A DNA stretch of 64,000 nt from an uncultured Candidatus Saccharibacteria bacterium (GCA_964552045.1 CAZKFF010000003.1:11880-75879); one strand, 5' to 3'. Shown: positions 10,302 through 19,316, counted from the first letter of the stretch. Notes: generated from the sequence alone by a model not told the origin. Numbers and translations: made by a program.

Positions 10302-11216
10302 ATGGATCTGCAGGAGCTCAAACGACAATTTTTGGAATATCTCGAAATAGAACGCGGCCGCAGCGTCAAAACCATTGAAAATTATGACCGTTATCTTGAA
10401 AAATTCCTCGCGTTTGCAAAAGTACAGTCGCCTGCAGATGTAAGCGAGGAGCTGGTGCGCACTTTCAGGCTGTACCTCAACCGCCAGCCGGGAACCAAAA
10501 GTGGCAACCGCACAGAACCGATGAAGCGGCGGACCCAGAACTATTACCTCATCGCAGTGCGTGCATTCCTGAAATATATACGGAAACGGGGCATTGCCTC
10601 CCTCTCCCCTGAGTCCATCGAGCTTGCGAAAGTACCCGAGCGATCGCTCGATCTTATTACAGAACAGGAATTGAGCCGGCTCATGGATGCTCCAAACAAA
10701 GCAAATAGACAGGGACTTCGTGACCGTGCGATCCTCGAACTGCTGTTCTCAACGGGGCTGCGTATTTCGGAGCTGTGCAACCTGTCTGTTGACGATGTCG
10801 ATCTCTCACGCGATGAGTTCTCCGTGCGGGGAAAAGGAGACAAGATCCGCGTTGTCTTTCTTTCCGACAGCGCCAAGGATGCGGTGCGGGCATACCTGCA
10901 GTCACGCAAGGACATGGATGACGCGTTGTTTGTGCAGTATGGGAAAAACGCCAAAGATGCGAAGAGTTTGCGTCTCTCCCCTCGTGCCGTACAGCGTATG
11001 CTCAAAGTTTATGCAGCAACAGCCGGCATCACGCGCAAGGTGACGCCGCACGTCATCCGCCATAGTTTTGCGACCGACCTCTTAAGCAATGGCGCAGACC
11101 TGCGCTCTGTGCAGGCGCTGTTGGGCCACGCGAACATTGGCACGACGCAGATATATACGCATGTCACCGACAAGCACCTGCGCGATGTACACAAGAAATT
11201 TCACGGCCGAAAGTAA
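10302..11216 (+). CDS. XerC/XerD-family tyrosine recombinase
   Basis: Catalytic R (TGLRISE), K (RGKGDK), HxxR (HVIRHSFAT), H (LGH), Y (TQIYTHV). Start at MDLQELK just after a TATACT -10. Confidence 0.93.
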   Translation: MDLQELKRQFLEYLEIERGRSVKTIENYDRYLEKFLAFAKVQSPADVSEELVRTFRLYLNRQPGTKSGNRTEPMKRRTQNYYLIAVRAFLKYIRKRGIASLSPESIELAKVPERSLDLITEQELSRLMDAPNKANRQGLRDRAILELLFSTGLRISELCNLSVDDVDLSRDEFSVRGKGDKIRVVFLSDSAKDAVRAYLQSRKDMDDALFVQYGKNAKDAKSLRLSPRAVQRMLKVYAATAGITRKVTPHVIRHSFATDLLSNGADLRSVQALLGHANIGTTQIYTHVTDKHLRDVHKKFHGRK

Positions 11217-11243
11217 ACAGCTCCCAATCGGGAGCTGTTTACT

Positions 11244-12050
11244 TTAGAAATAACTGCTTGCACGCAGCTGTTCGCGGAGCTTTATGAGCTCAGGATACCC
11301 GTAGAGGAACCGGACCTTGTCAAAGGATACGCCCCGCTGCTCTGGTTTGTCTGCTGTCACAAAGTAGACGAATGATTCAGCCATGTCCTCTGTTGCGTTG
11401 TTGGCAGCATATTGCGTTATAAAGTCGGAACTTCGCTGCGTGCCTGTCCAAAACTCCTGTTTAAAGTCCGTTTCAATGCTCGGATTGCTGAAAAAGAAAA
11501 TATGGCCATATTCATGCAGGAGCAGCTCCACTACCGATTCGTCGTCATAGATCTCCGAGATCTTATTGCCTTCCCTGTTGAATCCCAAGATCCACGTGTG
11601 ATCTGGCTTCTCTTCGACAAAGGCGCTGATCTGGCTTCGGGTATCGCTATAGATGCGGAATTCGCTGATATCGGCTTTCGCAAACGATGCTCCGGCGATG
11701 TCTATAAGTGTATTCCAGAGAAGCTGATCGCCTGCCCGTACGCCTGCATGTGTTGACGGTATGAGCTTCTTGCCATCCACGAGATAGAGAGCTTCGTACG
11801 TGCCCGTATAAAATTTAGTCTTATAAGAAAACTCAGACGCTTTCGCTTTCTGGCCTTTTGCCTCAAGCAATGCCAGTTGCTTCTGCAGCTTTTCGACCTG
11901 TGTAACTAATATTTCAATGCGGTCGCGTATCGCTGCTTTTTGCGAAGCTGTATATGTCTGTGCGTGGGTAAATGGTGCGGCAGTGAACAAACTGATCACT
12001 ACAAAAAATACAATAAATGGTTTCACGGAATCTACTACGTTCATACCCAT
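11244..12050 (-). CDS. Secreted putative zinc metallopeptidase
   Basis: Signal peptide, coiled coil, HEYGH (HExxH) and downstream YAANNATEDMAESF. Confidence 0.7.
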   Translation of the reverse strand: MGMNVVDSVKPFIVFFVVISLFTAAPFTHAQTYTASQKAAIRDRIEILVTQVEKLQKQLALLEAKGQKAKASEFSYKTKFYTGTYEALYLVDGKKLIPSTHAGVRAGDQLLWNTLIDIAGASFAKADISEFRIYSDTRSQISAFVEEKPDHTWILGFNREGNKISEIYDDESVVELLLHEYGHIFFFSNPSIETDFKQEFWTGTQRSSDFITQYAANNATEDMAESFVYFVTADKPEQRGVSFDKVRFLYGYPELIKLREQLRASSYF

Positions 12051-12101
12051 ATATTATTTCATACTATCTTCACTTCGAATTTGGCTATTCCCAGGATGAG
12101 T

Positions 12102-12130
12102 TTGACATGAATAATTTATTACTGTGTAAT
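12102..12130 (+). promoter_or_regulatory. Sigma70-type promoter
   Basis: TTGACA-17 bp-TGTAAT upstream of a small ORF. Confidence 0.65.
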
Positions 12131-12160
12131 GAATATGCAGATGAAGCAAAGGAGGAGTAA

Positions 12161-12295
12161 ATGAAGAAAGCCCTTCATTTATTCATCAGGTTCCTCGCAC
12201 AGATTCTTCACCCTATACCCATTGAGGACGGACTCTGTGAGTTCTCTGCCGGAGACCCGCGCATGAAGGAGATTCTCAACCCGGATCGCGGATGA
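12161..12295 (+). CDS. Small protein (44 aa) MKKALHLFIRFLAQILHPIPIEDGLCEFSAGDPRMKEILNPDRG
   Basis: Promoter, strong SD (aaaggagg) and a downstream hairpin with T-run. Confidence 0.55.
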   Translation: MKKALHLFIRFLAQILHPIPIEDGLCEFSAGDPRMKEILNPDRG

Positions 12296-12370
12296 GAGAG
12301 TGTGCAACAGTAGAGCCGCCCTACAGGACGGCTTTTCTTTTTTGGTACACTATAGGAAAATCAAAAATAT

Positions 12371-13162
12371 ATGAAAATCTTTTCCTGGAACGTCAATGGT
12401 ATTCGTGCGGTCATAAAAAAGGGCGAATTTCAGTCGTTTATTAAAAAATACGAGCCCGATGTGTTGTGTCTGCAGGAGACAAAAGCCCAGGAGGGCCAGG
12501 CTGAGCTTGATGTTCCGCACTATGAAGAGTATTGGAATTCCGCAGAGAAGAAAGGATATTCAGGCACAGCCATTTTTACTAAAATACCGCCAAATGAAGC
12601 CATATATGGGATACCGAAGGTTATAACCAAGAAATTCGCACTTCTTGATGACTATGGCGACACCACAACCGAAGGGAGGGTCATAACGCTTGAGTTCGAA
12701 CAGTTGTATGTGACTTCGGTCTACACCCCCAATGCCAAGGATGACCTCTCGCGCATTCCGATGCGCCTGCAGTGGGACCCGGCTTTTCTCACGTTCATGG
12801 CAACCCTTCAAAAAAAGAAGCCAGTTGTCTTCTGCGGCGATCTCAATGTCGCCCATACAGAGATCGATCTTGCCCGCCCGAAAGAAAATGACGGTAAGAA
12901 GGGCTTCACAAAGGAAGAACGTGGGGGAATTGATGCCATGCTCCAGTCGGGTTTCGTCGACACATTCCGGATATTCAATAAGGAGGGCGGCAACTACTCC
13001 TGGTGGTCGGCCTGGGGTGGTGCGCGCGAACGGAATGTCGGCTGGAGGATCGACTACGTGATGGCCTCAGAGACACTTGTCCCGCTCATCAAAAGCGCCC
13101 GCATTCACGCCGATGTAATGGGAAGCGATCACTGTCCGGTTTCAATCGATATTGCTGTGTAA
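12371..13162 (+). CDS. xth: Exodeoxyribonuclease III / AP endonuclease
   Basis: SWNVNGIRA, LCLQETK, GYSGTA, CGDLNVAH, GWRIDY, GSDHCP. Confidence 0.97.
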   Translation: MKIFSWNVNGIRAVIKKGEFQSFIKKYEPDVLCLQETKAQEGQAELDVPHYEEYWNSAEKKGYSGTAIFTKIPPNEAIYGIPKVITKKFALLDDYGDTTTEGRVITLEFEQLYVTSVYTPNAKDDLSRIPMRLQWDPAFLTFMATLQKKKPVVFCGDLNVAHTEIDLARPKENDGKKGFTKEERGGIDAMLQSGFVDTFRIFNKEGGNYSWWSAWGGARERNVGWRIDYVMASETLVPLIKSARIHADVMGSDHCPVSIDIAV

Positions 13163-13260
13163 CACACGTCAATGAGCGAAAAAACAATCACACGAAAGTA
13201 GATCATGTCAACTATCAGTGTTGAGCACTCAAAAATATGGCTCTACAGAGCCTCATAAAC

Positions 13261-13362
13261 TAACTGCACAACGCGTGTCCTTTATAAAGGACACGCGTTG
13301 TGCAGTTATGCACAGTTATACACATGCATGTCCTTTACACATTATTATAAAGGACATAGTAT
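13261..13362 (+). promoter_or_regulatory. Perfect 48 bp palindrome, two DnaA boxes and a promoter overlapped by a tgtccttta/taaaggaca inverted repeat
   Basis: Palindrome 13261-13308; TTATGCACA 13306, TTATACACA 13316; TTTACA(13334)-17 bp-TAGTAT(13357). Confidence 0.7.
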
Positions 13363-13368
13363 ATATGC

Positions 13369-13790
13369 AGGCCCAGAGAGGGCGAGCAGAGGTATCCCAA
13401 GTTCTCTTCTGAAGTTCACCGCTTCACAAAAGAACTTGGGATATTTCACTCAAAGAGTTCATTCAAAACAAAGCGAAGAGAGTAAGATCTCTTCAAGAGT
13501 TAATACCTCCAACTCTAATAGTTCATAACATCCCACCTTTTAAAGCTCACTGTTGCGATGAGTTGCAATGAGGATAAGAACAACCGTTCGCGTCCTCATA
13601 GCAGCTCATACAACAATATGTGAAAAATCTAAAGTACATAGAGCTTTAAACACAACGAGCCACAAAAGCGGAAATCTCAATAAGGAGATGACCACCTTGA
13701 GACAAAGTCTCACCAATAGGCTCATCAATAAGGCCTAGGGCAGTTGCTAGACGATACGATCGCCTACCAACTACCCTAGGTCTTTTTTTT
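13369..13790 (+). ncRNA. Candidate large structured ncRNA of unknown class
   Basis: No credible ORF. Serial long stems with G-U pairs on the plus strand, ending in a hairpin followed by T8. Confidence 0.6.
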
Positions 13791-13934
13791 ATTTCCAAAC
13801 TTATTTCTGGAACCGGGTTTTCTGCGCATTAAGAAGACGCTCACAGACGGATGTTTATAGTTATCCCCACAATCCAGCAAAAAAGACGCAAAAACTCATG
13901 TTTTTGCGTCTTTTTGGCGGAGTGTCGGACGTTC

Positions 13935-15407
13935 TTAACCCACTCTGTGCTCGCGGGAGATGTCTTTCAGTGCTGCCGCTTCTTCTTCTTCCTGTTTGCG
14001 TTTTCCAGCCTCTGCGAGTTTTTCTAGCTCAGATTCCGGTAGCTCAATGAGCTCTAAAGCCCGCCCTTTTAGGCCATTTTCTGTATTTTTCCCCGGGTTA
14101 TCCAATACCTCTTCCAGTAGTGCGTGCAGTATATATCCCAGCTTTTTCCCCGGCTTTTCCCCAGTGATATCCATAATGGTATCCCCGTCTATTTTGAGCA
14201 TCCGGACAGAGATCGGGTCACGGAGCGCCTGGTCGACCATGGCCTTGTACTGTCTGAAACGGAACGGCTGCTCCTTAGGACGGCCGGTGCCGATGCGGTC
14301 GCAGACGCGGAGGTTGAGGAGATCATCTATATGTTCTTTCCCCACGCGTACAATCGTTCGGCGAACTGCAGAGAGTGTTATCTCTTCCGGATCGGAGAAG
14401 AACATGTGGTTGCGTACCAGTTTTTCGACGATACCTACAGTTTCACGCGGCATTTTCAGTCGCTGCAGTATTTTCTTGGCCATTCGGGCGCCCACGACCT
14501 CATGCCCGTAAAAGGTATATTCTTTGTTTTTGCCGCCGGTGCGGCGGGTTGCAGGCTTTCCTATATCGTGGAGCAGTGCGGCAAGGCGAAGTTCGGTTGA
14601 AAAACCCTTATCTGCTGCGGCCTGAAGCGTGCGCAGGATGTGCTCATAGACATCAAATGCGTGCGCGCCTCCCTGCTGACAGCCGATCCCCTCTGTGATC
14701 TCTGGAATGATGTGCTCGATGAGCCCGAGGCGCTCCAAGAGCACGATGCCCTGCATCGGGGTCGCACTATTGATGATTCGAATGAACTCCTCAGCAATGC
14801 GCTCAGAAGAAATACGGCTCAGATTATGGGCATTTCGAGTAATCGACTGCAGGGTCTCTGACTCGATGGCAAAATTGAGCTCCGCAGCAAGACGTACCGC
14901 GCGCATCATGCGCAACGCGTCTTCGCCAAAGCGCTCATCGGGTTCTCCTACGGTTTTAAGCCGTTTTTTTGCGATATCACTGACACCGTCAAACAGGTCG
15001 GTGATCTTTTCATCTCTGATGCTGAATGCGATGGCATTGACTGTGAAATCACGTCGTTGGAGGTCTTCTTCCAGCGACACGCCGAAGGTCACAGAATCGG
15101 GACGCCGCGCATCGCTGTAGCCGGATTCGCTCCGGTATGGTGTCACCTCAATAACCTTGAGGGTAGGGTCTTCCGTATCATCAATAACCACGCCGACCGT
15201 ACCGTAGTCATTGTTGCAGTATGTTTCAGGGAAGAGACCCTCAATCTCCTCGGGGTGCGCATCGGTCGTGATATCCCAGTCTTTGGGGGTCTTGCCAATA
15301 AGGATATCCCGCACGCATCCGCCGATGAGGTACGCTTCAAAACCCGCTTTGTGCAGGGTGTCGGAGACATACTGTACTTCCTTGGGGATGTCATTACGGA
15401 CGATCAT
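13935..15407 (-). CDS. cca: CCA tRNA nucleotidyltransferase with HD domain
   Basis: GGCVRD, DWDITT, DLQRRDFTVNA, RFGEDALRMMR, LLHDIGKP. Confidence 0.95.
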   Translation of the reverse strand: MIVRNDIPKEVQYVSDTLHKAGFEAYLIGGCVRDILIGKTPKDWDITTDAHPEEIEGLFPETYCNNDYGTVGVVIDDTEDPTLKVIEVTPYRSESGYSDARRPDSVTFGVSLEEDLQRRDFTVNAIAFSIRDEKITDLFDGVSDIAKKRLKTVGEPDERFGEDALRMMRAVRLAAELNFAIESETLQSITRNAHNLSRISSERIAEEFIRIINSATPMQGIVLLERLGLIEHIIPEITEGIGCQQGGAHAFDVYEHILRTLQAAADKGFSTELRLAALLHDIGKPATRRTGGKNKEYTFYGHEVVGARMAKKILQRLKMPRETVGIVEKLVRNHMFFSDPEEITLSAVRRTIVRVGKEHIDDLLNLRVCDRIGTGRPKEQPFRFRQYKAMVDQALRDPISVRMLKIDGDTIMDITGEKPGKKLGYILHALLEEVLDNPGKNTENGLKGRALELIELPESELEKLAEAGKRKQEEEEAAALKDISREHRVG

Positions 15408-15472
15408 TGCAGATAAATTGTATCAGAGATTCATTGCTTTTTATGCATCTTAGCCGTATGATGTCGCGTATT

Positions 15473-15547
15473 GCACCCGTGGTGAAATGGATATCATTAC
15501 TGACTTCGGATCAGTCGTTGGGGGTTCGAGTCCCTCCGGGTGCACCA
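15473..15547 (+). tRNA. tRNA-Arg(UCG)
   Basis: Cloverleaf gcacccg...cgggtgc-a-cca; anticodon loop CTTCGGA; T-loop GTTCGAG. Confidence 0.93.
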
Positions 15548-15589
15548 GTTTATGCATGGCATGCATACGATCGCTGCCAAAGGACAGCT

Positions 15590-16363
15590 ATGACCGACCA
15601 GGCAAAGACAGTTTTGGAATGGACCTACGATCCGAAAAGCTTCTTTGAAGAGACCGTCTCATTTCCGGTTGAGAACGGCTCTATCACAATTGCAGAGGGC
15701 AAGGTCCGAGGTGAATTTGATGAAGCTTGCTATGATTACGGAAGGCAGTTTCGTGATGAGGTCGATCTGCAGGTCCGTGCGCTATTCATGGCACAGCAGG
15801 TTCAAGTGCATTCGAGCTTCAATCTCTCTGCGGCTTTGATGTCTCGCGAGCACAGTGATGGTCGGCGTGATGTAACGCTGTTTGCAGAGCCGCTCGCGCT
15901 TAAACTCAGCGGCGGTAAGGCCTATTTCGTAATCAAGGATGCCAACGGCAACATTACGCATGACAGCAGGGCGGAAAGGCTCGCTAAGCATCACAGTTTC
16001 CGCGAAGCTGTTGCGACCCTTTTGTCGAGAGACCGCATTCTCAAGCGGCTCCTCCAGAGCTTCCATGCGGCACTTTCGGACGAGGATAATTTGCTCATTC
16101 ATCTCTATGAAGTGCGCGACGCTCTGGTGTCTGAGTTTGGGAGCCATGAGGCTGTGCGAGACGCACTAGGTATTTCGGGGACTAGTTGGAGCAAGTTTGG
16201 GAGGCTTGCAGACAACGAACCTTTCTTGGAAGGAAGGCATCGGGGCCAACACGAGGTCCTGAGGCCAGCGGCAGCCTCTGAAATAGAATGGGTTCTTACT
16301 TTCTCGCAGGGTCTGATTGAAGCTTACGTCCAGTACCGAAATGAGCACCCTTCTGGGAGCTAA
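15590..16363 (+). CDS. Hypothetical protein downstream of tRNA-Arg (likely acquired)
   Basis: 257 aa from MTDQAK with an aagga SD. The ORF-track N-terminal extension overlaps the tRNA and was discarded. Confidence 0.75.
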   Translation: MTDQAKTVLEWTYDPKSFFEETVSFPVENGSITIAEGKVRGEFDEACYDYGRQFRDEVDLQVRALFMAQQVQVHSSFNLSAALMSREHSDGRRDVTLFAEPLALKLSGGKAYFVIKDANGNITHDSRAERLAKHHSFREAVATLLSRDRILKRLLQSFHAALSDEDNLLIHLYEVRDALVSEFGSHEAVRDALGISGTSWSKFGRLADNEPFLEGRHRGQHEVLRPAAASEIEWVLTFSQGLIEAYVQYRNEHPSGS

Positions 16364-16388
16364 CGTTGAGCCATCGAGCTAACGCTCA

Positions 16389-16550
16389 TCACGCCACAAA
16401 CCTTCCCCGCTCATCCCATTTCAGCGGTCTCTTCGGCTTGTTGTCGTTGCCTGGGATCGGTGGCAAATGCCTGTCGACAACCTTTGCTATTCGCTCCGTC
16501 TCCGGCAACAGTAAGAGCTCGAACAGATCCATAATGACGTTGTCTTTCAT
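16389..16550 (-). CDS. Possible small hypothetical protein (MKDNVIMDLF...)
   Basis: 53 aa ORF convergent with the upstream gene; weak support. Confidence 0.3.
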   Translation of the reverse strand: MKDNVIMDLFELLLLPETERIAKVVDRHLPPIPGNDNKPKRPLKWDERGRFVA

Positions 16551-16785
16551 AATCTCGCTGGTTCGAGTGGTGTCCTTATCTGGGGCACACATGGCCGGCC
16601 GGAAATGCATCTGCATTTCCGGCCGTTGCCATGTGTAAGCAAAGCTTTCTTGAACTGCACTCAGAAAACACATGTATGCGGGCATTCATGTGTTTCTTCG
16701 TTTGTTCAGGTAGCACCCGGAGGGACTCGAAATATTACAGAGTGCATCAATTTCTTCCCCATACTCCACTGATACACTAAAATAA

Positions 16786-17949
16786 GTGCACATGCGCTTT
16801 GCCCCGTACAAAAACCTTTTCATCTTTGCAGCGCTTGCGGTGCTTGCTGTAGGCTCAATGATCGTACTTTCCATTCTGTGGCAATCCGCACCGGAGCCCT
16901 CCCCTTCTGTCACTTCGGTCAAAGAGGAATACCTTCACTGCATCACTCTGCCGGAAGATGAGGATGTCGCACAGTGTCTCGATGAGGTTGCATCGATCGC
17001 CTACAACCGGTATCCGACCAGAGACATAGCCGCAGTCCTCGACAGCCTTTCCTACCAGGAAAAGAATCGCTGGTGCCACGAGATCATGCATTACATGGGG
17101 TGGGAAGCCTATGCGCAGGAAGACAGCATCGCTGACGCCTTCCTGCATTCCTCTGAACTCTGCGACAGCGGTATGTACCACGGCGTTATGGAAGCATATC
17201 TGCGATCCGAAGGGCTCGCCGGAGATATCGAGACCCTCATTCGGACCGTATGTACCGATGCGCTTGCATCGCATCCGGGCCTCAGCGAGGGCGTGCTCGC
17301 GCTGTGTTTCCATGGTCTCGGACACGGCCTTATGTACGTCACCGCTTCCGATCTTGGGCGTTCACTGGAGTACTGCGAAATACTGCAAGAAGGTGCACCT
17401 GCATGCTACGGCGGCGTATTTATGGAATTTACGACAAGTAAAGAGATCGGACCGCTCCACAACAATCGGAACCTCACGGAAAATTTTTGCGTCACGCTGA
17501 ACGAAAAGTACTGGAACATGTGCTATTACCGGATGGGGCTCAATTTTTTCTCCGCGACAAACGGCTCTGTAGGTGAAGCGATGGAGCTGTGCAGCACGGT
17601 GCCAAAGGAACACCAGGGAAACTGTTTTTTGGGCGTGGGCGGCAACAACCCTTCCCCGAGTAAGTCGCACAGCGATGCGGGCGCAGCGTGCCTGGAAGCG
17701 CTCCGTGTCTCCGAAGATGCCTATGAGGGATGCATAAGCGGCAGTTTGGGGTTCGTACTGAGCCTTGAATGGGGCGATATGCGGGGAGCAGTTGAGTTCT
17801 GCAGTGCGGTAGACGAACAGTATCAGCGTTTCTGCTACGCAGAAGCCGGCCGCGCGGCGCTCGCATGGGTGAAGCCGGAAGAAACGCTTGCAGAGAAATG
17901 CAGTGTCCTCCCCGCTTTCGAAGCGGAAGCAGCATGTATGGAGCAGTAA
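16786..17949 (+). CDS. Membrane-anchored extracellular Cys/His-rich repeat protein
   Basis: N-terminal TM; motifs CHEIMHYMG, CDSGMYHGVME, CFHGLGHGLM, CYGGVFME and repeated C-x(8-11)-CY/F. Confidence 0.8.
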   Translation: MHMRFAPYKNLFIFAALAVLAVGSMIVLSILWQSAPEPSPSVTSVKEEYLHCITLPEDEDVAQCLDEVASIAYNRYPTRDIAAVLDSLSYQEKNRWCHEIMHYMGWEAYAQEDSIADAFLHSSELCDSGMYHGVMEAYLRSEGLAGDIETLIRTVCTDALASHPGLSEGVLALCFHGLGHGLMYVTASDLGRSLEYCEILQEGAPACYGGVFMEFTTSKEIGPLHNNRNLTENFCVTLNEKYWNMCYYRMGLNFFSATNGSVGEAMELCSTVPKEHQGNCFLGVGGNNPSPSKSHSDAGAACLEALRVSEDAYEGCISGSLGFVLSLEWGDMRGAVEFCSAVDEQYQRFCYAEAGRAALAWVKPEETLAEKCSVLPAFEAEAACMEQ

Positions 17950-18025
17950 CTCCGTTGTTATTCTCCCCAGGACACACGCGTACCCAATAATGAACAGACG
18001 TTATGATATATAATAGACATACCCT

Positions 18026-18691
18026 ATGATACGTTTAGAGGAACAGTATGAGCAGGCACTGCAATTCCGCAGGCGGGGGTTCACTTATTCTGAGATCGCG
18101 AAGATCGTCGGTGTGTCGAAGAGTTCAGTAAGCGCGTGGGTCTCGAAGAAACCATTTTCAAAAAAGATACGGGCAGAAAACGCCGCCCGCGCTGCACGTG
18201 AAAATGTAAAACGTATCGGCCTGATCAACAAGGCCCGTGCCGCTGAACGAAAAGCGCGATATGCGGAAGCGAAGCGAAGCGCTGAAACTGAATTCACACA
18301 TTACAAAAAAGATCCGCTTTTCATCGCCGGACTCATGGCGTACGCGAGCGCGGGCGATCGTGCAGTTGATTCCCGGATCCGCCTTACTTCGCCTGACGCA
18401 TTCCTTCAGAGGACGTTCCTGCAGTTTGCTCTTGCGTATCTTGGCGCTGAAAAGAACCGGATACATTTTTGGCTGCTTTTGTATGCCGGCCACAATGAAA
18501 AGAAGTGTCTTTCATTCTGGGCAAAGACTACTCGTCTCTCGCTTGCCCAGTTCCACAAATCCCAATTTGTTTCCCAGCGGGCAAAAGCGGGAGGATTGCA
18601 ACATGGCACCGGAAATACTATAATCGGCAGCACTGTTCTGAAGCTGAGATTGCTGCGATGGATCGAACTTCTGCAGAAAGAACTTTCATAA
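18026..18691 (+). CDS. HTH + degenerate LAGLIDADG-like domain protein abutting a tRNA
   Basis: GFTYSEIAKIVGVSKSSVSAW HTH; LFIAGLMAYASAGD...RLTSPD resembles a LAGLIDADG helix and following strand. Confidence 0.7.
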   Translation: MIRLEEQYEQALQFRRRGFTYSEIAKIVGVSKSSVSAWVSKKPFSKKIRAENAARAARENVKRIGLINKARAAERKARYAEAKRSAETEFTHYKKDPLFIAGLMAYASAGDRAVDSRIRLTSPDAFLQRTFLQFALAYLGAEKNRIHFWLLLYAGHNEKKCLSFWAKTTRLSLAQFHKSQFVSQRAKAGGLQHGTGNTIIGSTVLKLRLLRWIELLQKELS

Positions 18692-18693
18692 AA

Positions 18694-18764
18694 GCGGCCA
18701 TGGTTAAGTGGTATAATGAGTCCTTGCCAAGGATTAGTCGGGAGTTCGATTCTCCCTGGCCGCA
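18694..18764 (+). tRNA. tRNA-Gly(GCC)
   Basis: gcggcca...tggccgc-a; anticodon loop TTGCCAA; T-loop GTTCGAT. Confidence 0.93.
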
Positions 18765-18846
18765 CTACAATGAAAAAGCCGGACTGCATGTCCGGCTTTT
18801 TCATTGTGCTGGAGAATTGAAAAGGCTTTGCTCTCGGGTATTCTCC

Positions 18847-19257
18847 TCACTTCACCTCGAACAGGAGAACTTTAGGCATTATTCCTGCTGCTCTGCACAC
18901 CATAAGACGCGTATTTCCAGAAACTAAATGGTACCCCTCGGCATGTTTGTATATAATTGGCGCACTGATTGATCTCCCTGCATCAAGATCATCTTTGTAG
19001 CCTCTCCATTCCCGGTCTGCTTGGCGTGATAATGCATCAACCTTATCCCACTGCCCTGCTTCGATATCTTTTGAGTCAGTATTTTCTAGTTGATCCCATA
19101 TCGATGGGTCAAGGAGTACCATAGTGCCGCCTTCTGCTGCAAACAAGAGGTCCAGAGTTGTCATGTTGAACAATGCACCTACGCGTTCAAACTCACCATG
19201 TTCTTTTTCGAGAATTGGGTACTTGAACTGGTTACTTTTTTGTTCAAAGGACTCCAT
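18847..19257 (-). CDS. Stand-alone ParB/sulfiredoxin-like N-terminal domain protein
   Basis: SAPIIYKHAEGYHLVSGNTRL (P-I-I...Y-x-L-V-x-G-x-x-R). Start at MESFEQ after TATAAT. Confidence 0.65.
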   Translation of the reverse strand: MESFEQKSNQFKYPILEKEHGEFERVGALFNMTTLDLLFAAEGGTMVLLDPSIWDQLENTDSKDIEAGQWDKVDALSRQADREWRGYKDDLDAGRSISAPIIYKHAEGYHLVSGNTRLMVCRAAGIMPKVLLFEVK

Positions 19258-19316
19258 GCGATTATTATAGCTCATGCCATAACCTCTCCTCACTTTAATC
19301 TGTTATCATACTCACC

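Noticed and set aside
10302-11216. Tyrosine recombinase as a prophage or ICE integrase
   Set aside because: Xer-like size and motifs, housekeeping context, and no att repeats or cargo seen.
13688-13738. 16 aa ORF MTTLRQSLTNRLINKA inside the candidate ncRNA
   Set aside because: The SD-like aaggag abuts the ATG with no spacing, and the ORF is buried in stems.
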